A stretch of 64,000 nucleotides of DNA from an uncultured Balneolaceae bacterium (GTDB lineage: Bacteria; Bacteroidota; Rhodothermia; Balneolales; Balneolaceae), in the NCBI GenBank assembly GCA_964590495.1, contig CAZPWQ010000001.1, positions 13,502 through 77,501 on the forward strand, given 5' to 3'. Of this stretch, positions 55,725 to 63,078 are shown in pieces. Made by a program: the position numbers and the translations under genes. The notes beneath the pieces were generated by a model, which did no database searches, had not been told where the DNA came from, and worked only from the letters and a program-made list of their open reading frames with translations. The number at the start of each line of letters is the position of its first letter. Within the stretch, counting starts at the first letter, position 1.

Positions 55725-58004
55725 TCAATTTATCTCCATTTTAACAGTAAGATAAGGCAAAAGAGGCAATTGATCGATACGCCGTTGCGTAAAAACATCG
55801 AAATAGAAGATGTTGGTTTGATCATACGAGTTTATGGCACCCGCCTGCAGGTTTATGTTTGTCCCCGATTGAGTAATTTGAAATGAGCGTTCCAGTGACA
55901 CGTCGAGACGGTGTGTTGTCGGCATGCGACCCTGAAAAGGTTTATCGAGAATCACGCGCCGGATACCCCTGTCCGACTTCACCTCGGGCAGGCGTTCCCG
56001 GAAATCAAGCAAATCGTCAAATCCCATCGGACGTGTAAAGGGCGTACCGGAACCGAGCTGCCATCTCACTCCTGCCGTAAAGGAACCTATATCCAGGCTA
56101 AAGAGTGCATTAACCTGGTGCCTTCTGTCATGTGGCGGATTGTATTCCTGGATGGGTTCTCCGAACCAGATATTGAAATGATCCTGTGCCGATTCGTATA
56201 GGGTTTGACTGTACCCGTACCCTATCAGCCCGTAAAAACGGCCGCGATTATATTCAAAACGAAGATCACTGCCGTACACATCTCCGTCTGCCAGTGCCAA
56301 ATCGGTGGTAAACCGGGCTATGGTATTCCACACCGGTACCGGGAGGTTACTCATACGCTTATAAAAACCTTCCACGGACCATGTAATCCCTTGTCCAAGA
56401 GTCTGCTGCCAGCCGAGTGAGGCATGCATCGACTCCATCTGGGAATTGCCGATCGGAGTGGTCGTCCAGGCTACAAACACTGCGCTGAGGTCACGCATAT
56501 CACTTATTCCCACCAGCGACTGCCGGTAGATCCCAATGGCACCGGTTACTTCTTCCGTTTCATTTCCGAAGGGCTGCCATGAAAAACGTAAGCGCGGTTC
56601 AAAACTCAGTCCGAAACCACCCACACCACTCGAACTCAGTGACAATGCCGTACCCGGCTGAAAATTAAGTCGCTCCCCGGCCGGAATGGTAGTTTCAACA
56701 TAAGCACCTGCAATAAAATGTGAGGATTCTTCCCGATCCAGGCCAACGAATTTCTCACCCAGTTCATACCTAAAATAATTGAGCCTGGTATATATTCCGT
56801 AATCGAACCGTATTTGTTTTGCGTATTGCCGCAGGTTCAGATCCAGGTTAAGACGAGTAGTACCGGAAGAAAAACCGAACGGCCCTCCATCGCTTATCGA
56901 ATTCGAAAAATGGGAAAGGCTGACATTCGTATCCATCAGAACTCTTGATCCTTCGGGAAGCGCCACACAATTTCCACCAAGCACAAAATTTCTCCATTGT
57001 ATGCTTTCATCCGCCTGGAAATCCATTCGCCCCCTGTCATAGGTATTCATGATCATACCAGAGCAACGGGTATCATTATCCACATAGCTTCCCTTTAAAA
57101 AAAGGCTCTGAAATTTAAGCGGCTGTTCTTCAATGGGATACCAGGTGCTGGTCTGTTCGATAAGTGAATTTCTTACAGATAAGATCCATGAAGATTCACC
57201 GGTATCGATCGGTCCTTCGGCCATGATCTCGGCTGCGAAGGGACTTATGGCTGCCGACCCGGAATAGTTGTTCCGGTTGCCATGCCGCATCTGAATATCC
57301 AGTACCGATGAAAGCCGGCCGGTGTACCTGGGGCTGAAGCCCCCGGCATAAAAATCGGCTCCGGCTACAAGGTTTTCCGGGAAAGGCGAATAAAAACCAA
57401 CGATATGCGCAGGCTGGAAAATAAGTGCCCCATCTACCAAAGTCATATTCTGGGACGGTGTCCCTCCCCGGATAAAAAACTGTCCTCCACGGTCTCCCGC
57501 CGATACAACTCCCGGCAGCGTCTGAAGGTATGTTACAAGATCGCCCGCCGCCGGACTGGGAATCCGGTCTAATTCAGCAGGAGAAATTCTCTGCGCTCCT
57601 TCTATTCTGATGGCGGCCCCTCCGCTCTGTTCAACAACCAACTCGTCCAGTATGGCTTCGTCCCTTTCAAGAGCTACACTGACTGTACGACTGTCACCTT
57701 CATTGAAATCCAGAGTATCTACATAAGCATTATAGCCGATATAACTGATTCGCAGACTCCAGGTACCAGATTCGATTGAACCGATATGATAAAAACCTTC
57801 ACCGTCGGCAGCCGCACCGAGAATGATTTTCTCATCATCTATGGATTGTAAAACCGCATTTGCCCCCTCAAGCGGCTGCCCGGTAGTGTGATCTGTTACA
57901 ATGCCCTGCAGGGAAGCTTGTTGAGCCGTTGCTCCGGCGGGAGTAAAACAGATCCAGATCAGAATGATTAAAAGCGTGTGTATTAGCAATCTTTTATGGG
58001 ACAT
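55725..58004 (-). CDS. TonB-dependent receptor with N-terminal carboxypeptidase-regulatory-like domain
   Basis: 759 aa. Signal ...FTPAGATAQQ. LQGIVTDHTTGQPLEGANAVL...GFYHIGSIESGTWSLRISYIGY. Plug DLVTYLQTLPGVVSAGDRGGQFFIRGGTPSQNMTLVDGALIF. Beta-barrel remainder with an aromatic-rich C-terminal strand. Confidence 0.9.
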   Translation of the reverse strand: MSHKRLLIHTLLIILIWICFTPAGATAQQASLQGIVTDHTTGQPLEGANAVLQSIDDEKIILGAAADGEGFYHIGSIESGTWSLRISYIGYNAYVDTLDFNEGDSRTVSVALERDEAILDELVVEQSGGAAIRIEGAQRISPAELDRIPSPAAGDLVTYLQTLPGVVSAGDRGGQFFIRGGTPSQNMTLVDGALIFQPAHIVGFYSPFPENLVAGADFYAGGFSPRYTGRLSSVLDIQMRHGNRNNYSGSAAISPFAAEIMAEGPIDTGESSWILSVRNSLIEQTSTWYPIEEQPLKFQSLFLKGSYVDNDTRCSGMIMNTYDRGRMDFQADESIQWRNFVLGGNCVALPEGSRVLMDTNVSLSHFSNSISDGGPFGFSSGTTRLNLDLNLRQYAKQIRFDYGIYTRLNYFRYELGEKFVGLDREESSHFIAGAYVETTIPAGERLNFQPGTALSLSSSGVGGFGLSFEPRLRFSWQPFGNETEEVTGAIGIYRQSLVGISDMRDLSAVFVAWTTTPIGNSQMESMHASLGWQQTLGQGITWSVEGFYKRMSNLPVPVWNTIARFTTDLALADGDVYGSDLRFEYNRGRFYGLIGYGYSQTLYESAQDHFNIWFGEPIQEYNPPHDRRHQVNALFSLDIGSFTAGVRWQLGSGTPFTRPMGFDDLLDFRERLPEVKSDRGIRRVILDKPFQGRMPTTHRLDVSLERSFQITQSGTNINLQAGAINSYDQTNIFYFDVFTQRRIDQLPLLPYLTVKMEIN

Positions 58005-58011
58005 ATGTATT

Positions 58012-58069
58012 GTTGCGGGTTGCGGGTTACGTAGTCAATGAACAGTGAACAGTGAGCAATGAGCAATTG
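58012..58069. repeat. low-complexity repeat flank (GTTGCGG x2, then CAATGA/CAGTGA units) abutting the four-helix-bundle gene stop codon
   Basis: GTTGCGGGTTGCGGGTTACG (58012-58031). CAATGAACAGTGAACAGTGAGCAATGAGCAATTG (58036-58069). 58036-58057 is complementary at 20 of 22 positions to 58563-58584. Confidence 0.8.
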
Positions 58070-58429
58070 TTATTGATTATTTATGCGCGTTGTCTTGAGG
58101 ATTGAAAAGCAGATTTTTGATAATTCATCTGCCTCTCTATAAATATCAGTAAAGGTTTTACAGTCAATAAAATCTGTGTCTTTTAGTAATTTCAACCAGA
58201 ATTTTGTCTCCAGGCTTTCTTTATATGAAATGGAAATTTTTGCCGAAAAATCTGTTTTTGAAATTGCTCCTTTAGCTTCTGCTGCGTTAGCGCCAATTGA
58301 GGTCCCGCTTTTCAGAAGTTGCTTAGATAAAATAAATTCCTTCTTTTCTTTGCTTAAATATTTATACGCATTAACAATTCGAATAGCAAAGTTATAAGAT
58401 TTATTGTAAAGTACATTATCCTTACTCAT
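58070..58429 (-). CDS. four-helix-bundle protein (23S rRNA intervening-sequence protein family)
   Basis: 119 aa. YNFAIRIVNAYKYL...LSKQLLKSGTSIGANAAEAKGAISKTDFSAKISISYKESLETKFWLKLL, the characteristic S-I-G-A-N-x-x-E ... F ... K-E-x-x-E-T-x-x-W-L pattern of this family. The gene and its flanks are visibly more AT-rich than the neighbours. Confidence 0.88.
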   Translation of the reverse strand: MSKDNVLYNKSYNFAIRIVNAYKYLSKEKKEFILSKQLLKSGTSIGANAAEAKGAISKTDFSAKISISYKESLETKFWLKLLKDTDFIDCKTFTDIYREADELSKICFSILKTTRINNQ

Positions 58430-58555
58430 AGTATGAAACTTTATTTAAAGTTATTCTTCACTAGTAAGTCTCCCTTTAACTCAATTCCTTACAGCTTTTT
58501 CTTAACAAATAAGAATTACAGGAATCGTTGAATAATTTCAGCATAATCTATATTA

Positions 58556-58587
58556 GCTCACTGCTCATTGTTCACTGCTCATTGTTA
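58556..58587. repeat. low-complexity repeat flank, inverted partner of 58036..58069
   Basis: GCTCACTGCTCATTGTTCACTGCTCATTGTTA. Its reverse complement TAACAATGAGCAGTGAACAATGAGCAGTGAGC aligns with the left flank. Confidence 0.8.
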
Positions 58588-58640
58588 CTATCTAAATAAT
58601 AACTTTTCTGGAGGGTATGCAATAAGTTAAAATTTATTAA

Positions 58641-59552
58641 TCAAGGACACTGATCGTCCGGAATGGTTTTACTTACAATTCCAACTACGAATCCGGTACC
58701 GCCCTCGACATTTGAAAAAATTTCCGGCAGGGCATACTCCAGGTCATCAAGCGATTCAATCTCCTCGTTACCGATCCATTCCGGTCCGGCAGCCGCCACA
58801 AAAATATGACTATCCAGCACCTGAACCGTGATATTGTCAGAAAACGTCTCCAACCGTTCCGCCACCCGGTCCCGAGCCAACGGAATGCTTATCCACACAC
58901 TGAATTCGCCGGAAGAATCCCGGCTTATCCTGTCTCTGAAGGGAACCGTCCAAAGTGTTTCAAATACCAATCCGGGCCTGCTGATCCTGACATGCCACCT
59001 GTATTGAACATCCACCAAACGCTCCACTCCTTCTATTACCAGTTTGACATTGCATCTGCTCCCCTCCATGCGCGGCATAGGAAAATCATCTGGTGTAGTA
59101 ACCGTTACACTGCTTGCCCCACCGTCCGGCCGCTCTGCCTGCAGCCGGTAGGTTTGGCCGGGTTCGATATCTGTTGTAGTCCAGGCATTGAGTATGTGAA
59201 ATCCATCGGGGAACTGGAAAAGCGAGTCATTCATTACCGTAGTGCCTTCGTTTTGCAGATGGTTGAGGGTAACCTCCATCTGCGGTTTGATGGTCGATTG
59301 CTCAAGCTGCTCCCGTACAGGGGTCACCCGCACCCATTGCGTATCGGCCGAAGCATCAAGGTAACCATAGATAGAAAAGGAATGCCTCTCATTGTCCTGG
59401 AGGGGCTGGAATGTTTCATCGCAGGCGGACAGAGCCAGAAACAGGCAAGCGAGAAAGCAAAAATGAAATATGCAAAATGAGTGCTTATTGTTGACCGTTG
59501 GCTGTGGACAGCTACTTTTACTTTTTGGCAATTTACTTTTCAATACCGACAT
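58641..59552 (-). CDS. DUF4249-like lipoprotein, paralogue P2
   Basis: 303 aa. Lipobox FLALSACDETFQPLQDNERHSFSIYGYLDASADTQWVRV. C-terminal FSNVEGGTGFVVGIVSK. The N-terminal extension before the signal peptide is encoded by repeat-like DNA, so the real start is uncertain. Confidence 0.75.
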   Translation of the reverse strand: MSVLKSKLPKSKSSCPQPTVNNKHSFCIFHFCFLACLFLALSACDETFQPLQDNERHSFSIYGYLDASADTQWVRVTPVREQLEQSTIKPQMEVTLNHLQNEGTTVMNDSLFQFPDGFHILNAWTTTDIEPGQTYRLQAERPDGGASSVTVTTPDDFPMPRMEGSRCNVKLVIEGVERLVDVQYRWHVRISRPGLVFETLWTVPFRDRISRDSSGEFSVWISIPLARDRVAERLETFSDNITVQVLDSHIFVAAAGPEWIGNEEIESLDDLEYALPEIFSNVEGGTGFVVGIVSKTIPDDQCP

Positions 59553-59781
59553 CCGTTTTATATATAATTATAAAAGCTTAACCAAAACTTCAGCCAAAGG
59601 CTTCCCTGGAAACTTCGTTTCGGCTCCACTGCGCTCATCCTGACGTGTGTGGGTCTCTGTCATGCCTGTCAGACAACCTGATGTTCCTTCAACGGGGCCA
59701 ACAATTCCTCTTTCACCAGAGGTATCCCATGGATATCTTCTTGTAAAGGCCCACATAGCAATGGCCAAATGAATATACTAC

Positions 59782-60171
59782 TTACTCCTTAATCCTCAAA
59801 ACAACTGATATAGGGAATATTGCATTTAGTACCAAGGTATTGCCGCTCTCCGGGTGGTCCAGGGTTACATGCATCTCCGGTTTGACGGGAGGCTGGTTAA
59901 GCTGCATCCGCACAGGCGTTACCCGCACCCATTGCGTATTGGCCGAGGCATCAAGGTAACCATAGATAAAAAAGGAATGCCTCTCATTGTCCTGGAGGGA
60001 CTGGAATGTTTCGTCGCAGCCGGTTAATGTCAGCAGAAAATATACAATAAGACAAATATATAATATGAAGTGCGGAAACTGAACTCTGATAACTGACTGC
60101 TGACAACTATCTTCCCAACTTGTAATATGCCATATTTCAATTGTACTGATCAACTCTGAGATTATTTCCAA
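59782..60171 (-). pseudogene. truncated DUF4249-like paralogue P3 (N-terminal ~115 residues only)
   Basis: LLTLTGCDETFQSLQDNERHSFFIYGYLDASANTQWVRVTPVRMQLNQPPVKPEMHVTLDHPESGNTLV, then divergence and a stop. About 110 nt (about 59905-60015) are nearly identical to P2 DNA (about 59328-59438; 8 substitutions by my alignment). The central and C-terminal parts of the family are missing. Confidence 0.6.
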
Positions 60172-61130
60172 TAAGGCTCTTCCGGTTCACAGGGAGCAAT
60201 ATTTGAACTTTCATGCGTGAGGCATTCCCTTTGCCGAAACCATTTGGTGTCGATCCCCACCACATAACCTAGTCCATCCTCAACATTCGAGGCTGTTTCA
60301 TTCAGAAAATACTCGAAGTCATTAAGGGAAGAGAGACTGTCATCCCACTCCGGCCCGCCGGCAGCTACAAAAAATTGCCTGGCTGCTACTAATATTTCTG
60401 CATCTCCAACACTCTGTCCAATCGTAGCCCGTTCTTTCGCATGATTTGCAAATGTAGAATAAGCACCAGAAAAAGAAAAAGTAGGCATAAGATTGTTCCG
60501 TAACGGAAACCTAAAGATTCTCCTTCGATTTTCGGTCTCAGGATTCAAAATGACATACCATACGGACTGTACATCGGCAATATGTTCAACAGCACCATCG
60601 ATATATATTCTGGCTCCCGGAGGATCGTTAAAGATAGGATTTTCTTCGGTTAAAGTTATATTAGGTATTGTGGGTAATTCCGTTGGAGTCGTCACAGTTA
60701 CCCAACTTGTTTTTCCATCGCTATGTTCCGCTGTGATTTTGTAGGTTTGTTCATGTTTGATATCCATCGTGGTCCAGTAATTGAGAACATTTCGGGAGGT
60801 AAAAAGTGAATCGTTCATAACCACGGTTTCGCTGCTTTGCAGTTCTTCCAGTGTTACCCGGATTCCATTTGGGTCAGGAGGCTCATTAATTCTCTGCCGA
60901 ACGGTTCCCACACGAATCCACTGAGTATCCGCATCGGCATCCAGGTAGCCATAGATGGCAAAATGAAATTTATTATTTTCCTGCAGTGGTTGAAAAGTTT
61001 CATTGCAGGCGGACAAAGCGAGCAGGAAGTAAGTAAGAAAGCAAAAATGAAATGCAAAATGTAAAAACTGAGAGCTTAAAACTGACACCTGACAGCTTCT
61101 TTTACATTTTGAATTTTTAAATTGCATCAC
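60162..61130 (-). CDS. DUF4249-like lipoprotein, paralogue P4
   Basis: 322 aa. Lipobox LLALSACNETFQPLQENNKFHFAIYGYLDADADTQWIRV. C-terminal ASNVEDGLGYVVGIDTK ... CEPEEPYWK (compare P1 CPEEEAFW). The signal-peptide DNA closely resembles that of P2. Confidence 0.75.
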   Translation of the reverse strand: MMQFKNSKCKRSCQVSVLSSQFLHFAFHFCFLTYFLLALSACNETFQPLQENNKFHFAIYGYLDADADTQWIRVGTVRQRINEPPDPNGIRVTLEELQSSETVVMNDSLFTSRNVLNYWTTMDIKHEQTYKITAEHSDGKTSWVTVTTPTELPTIPNITLTEENPIFNDPPGARIYIDGAVEHIADVQSVWYVILNPETENRRRIFRFPLRNNLMPTFSFSGAYSTFANHAKERATIGQSVGDAEILVAARQFFVAAGGPEWDDSLSSLNDFEYFLNETASNVEDGLGYVVGIDTKWFRQRECLTHESSNIAPCEPEEPYWK

Positions 61131-61170
61131 AAAATATTCCGCAGTTTACTTTTTTCTGTAACATCTATTT

Positions 61171-61223
61171 AAAATTAAAAATCCCGAAAAGCAAACCTTG
61201 TGAAAAGATTCGCCTTCCGGGAT
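61171..61223 (-). terminator. probable intrinsic terminator after susD-3
   Basis: On the minus strand, ATCCCGGAAGGCGAATCTT...AAGGTTTGCTTTTCGGGAT forms a long imperfect hairpin followed by TTTTAATTTT. Confidence 0.55.
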
Positions 61224-61254
61224 GTATTTGATTAGCTAAAACAGAATTACCTGC

Positions 61255-63060
61255 TTACCAACCGTCATTCTGCTCTAATCTGCTTTCATCTTCAACTTCG
61301 CTCAATTCGATTTGATCGGTTGGAATCGGGTAGCGAAGATATCTTGCTGTAACTTCTGCGGCTGCGTTGAGGAAATTCCTTCTATCCTGTTCAACCTGAA
61401 TATAAGGGTTGAGAACATCCATAAAAATTCCCCAGCGCTTTAAATCGAAGAACCGCTGACCTTCCATGGCCAATTCAAGCCGGCGTTCGGTACGAACAGC
61501 CTGCCGCGCAAAATCTTGATCGACCCACGGAATATCATAGGTACCGATTTCATAGTCGGCCCATGTAATAGAAGGATCCTCGGGATCTACGGCGATCGTA
61601 CTTCGTTCATCTCCAGGACCCTGTGCGGCAACCCCTGCACGTTCCCGTATTTCATTGACGATCTCCCTGGCATTTTCCAGATCACCGGCTTCCACTTCCG
61701 CTTCGGCTAATAACAGGAGCGCGTCAGCGTAACGATAGATATGAGTGTTCACCGAGTTAAGCTGGGTAGGTACCCATCCTACATTACTCTCGGCATCGCT
61801 TGCAGCCTCATGGGTATTTTTCTTCCCGCTGTAAGGCCCGCCGAACGACTCCTGCCTGATCCAGCCCGCTTCATGCAGGCCCCTGTCTTTAAATGGTACT
61901 CCGTCTCTGCCGACGGTCCAGTCGAGTCTCGGATCTACCGGTACATCATTTAGAGAGGCATCGAACTCATCGTCTCTGGAATTCCACGAAGCAGTAGCGT
62001 CAAATGCTTCTGACGGATTTGCCATAGCAAGCGGCAATCCACTTCCATCGACCTGGAAAAAATTGACCAGGTTTTGAGTACCCTGGTGAAATCCACAACA
62101 GCCATAAGGACTACCGGAATGAGGGAAATTCAGGCGGTTGCCATAATTCGCATTATTCCCGTCGGGCTGCCCGTCATTGGCAGATGCCTGGTAGGCTAGT
62201 ATAGTTTCCGGCCCGTTGTAAAATTCACTGAAACCGGTCCATACCTGGTGGAAATTGTCTTGCAGTTCAAATTCGCCGCTGTTTCTGACTTCACGTAAAG
62301 TTGCCAGTCCCGCAGCATAGTCGCCGGAATGAACCTCGACTCTTCCCTTGTACGCGCGGGCATCCCATGAATCCACTCTTCCGTTTTCTCCTCTTCTTGG
62401 CGAATCCGGCAGCAGTGAAATAGCTTCATCGAGATCATTTAATATATTCCCGATTACTGTAGCACCGTCTACATTCGGTTTCCGGAAATCCTCATCCTCT
62501 TCTGTGTAATAGGGAACATTTTCCCACATCTGCCAGGCTTCAAAGTGATAATGAGCACGAAGAAACAAGGCTTCACCCCGTATACTTTCAGCATCGGGAG
62601 CAGGTATTTCATCCGGATTTGTCTCCTGCAGGGTGGTCAGAAGCGATATGGTTGAATTGGCACGGTTGACACCTTCATACACGGCTCTCCACTTATCGTT
62701 TATATAGTCGTCGGCCTGTCCGGTAGTCCAATTGTACAGTTCGACATCTGTTACCGGAGGCTGGTCGTCGGCTTCAGATCCTTTGTAGGCATCATCGCTG
62801 GTTACGCTGCCCCAGACCCAATTACTGGCGGAGGCACCCCAGTCACCGCCCACACCTTCATTCCAGTCCAGGTTTCTGTAAGCGGCAATAAGAGAGCCTT
62901 CTACTCCATTCTGATTTGCCAGTGTGTTCTCATCCAATGACCCTTGTGGTGGTGACGTCAAAAAATCATCACAACTGTATATTGTGACCGCCACAAGAAG
63001 GATCAAAGCCATACCAAACAAAAATCTATACTTCTTAAATAAAGTTTTCATAATCTTCAA
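61255..63060 (-). CDS. susD: RagB/SusD-family nutrient-binding outer membrane lipoprotein (pair 3)
   Basis: 601 aa. Lipobox VTIYSCDDFLTS. IRGEALFLRAHYHFEAWQMWENVPYY, YRYADALLLLAEAEVEAGDLENAREIVNEIRERAG, RRLELAMEGQRFFDLKRWG. Follows a SusC C-terminus. Confidence 0.92.
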   Translation of the reverse strand: MKIMKTLFKKYRFLFGMALILLVAVTIYSCDDFLTSPPQGSLDENTLANQNGVEGSLIAAYRNLDWNEGVGGDWGASASNWVWGSVTSDDAYKGSEADDQPPVTDVELYNWTTGQADDYINDKWRAVYEGVNRANSTISLLTTLQETNPDEIPAPDAESIRGEALFLRAHYHFEAWQMWENVPYYTEEDEDFRKPNVDGATVIGNILNDLDEAISLLPDSPRRGENGRVDSWDARAYKGRVEVHSGDYAAGLATLREVRNSGEFELQDNFHQVWTGFSEFYNGPETILAYQASANDGQPDGNNANYGNRLNFPHSGSPYGCCGFHQGTQNLVNFFQVDGSGLPLAMANPSEAFDATASWNSRDDEFDASLNDVPVDPRLDWTVGRDGVPFKDRGLHEAGWIRQESFGGPYSGKKNTHEAASDAESNVGWVPTQLNSVNTHIYRYADALLLLAEAEVEAGDLENAREIVNEIRERAGVAAQGPGDERSTIAVDPEDPSITWADYEIGTYDIPWVDQDFARQAVRTERRLELAMEGQRFFDLKRWGIFMDVLNPYIQVEQDRRNFLNAAAEVTARYLRYPIPTDQIELSEVEDESRLEQNDGW

Positions 63061-63078
63061 TTCCTTTTAAAATTAATA

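Noticed and set aside
58012-58069. Tandem short repeats (GTTGCGG x2; CAATGA/CAGTGA units) as a possible CRISPR array or microsatellite-based phase-variation switch.
   Set aside because: The units are 6-11 nt without unique spacers, so this is not a CRISPR. They lie outside coding sequence and outside an obvious promoter spacer, so there is no evidence for slipped-strand phase variation. They are better explained as the inverted flanks of the four-helix-bundle cassette.
59568-59768. 66-aa ORF between P3 and P2 as a functional small protein.
   Set aside because: It has no signal peptide and no recognisable motif. It lies in DNA best explained as the decayed remainder of the truncated paralogue and has no obvious promoter of its own.
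58070-61130. Diversity-generating retroelement idea: a four-helix-bundle (Avd-like fold) gene next to paralogous lipoproteins sharing a ~110-nt near-identical segment (possible TR/VR pair).
   Set aside because: No reverse transcriptase gene is present in the window. The shared segment is at the N-terminal, not C-terminal, end of the proteins. The 8 differences between the copies are mixed transitions and transversions in both directions, not adenine-specific substitutions.
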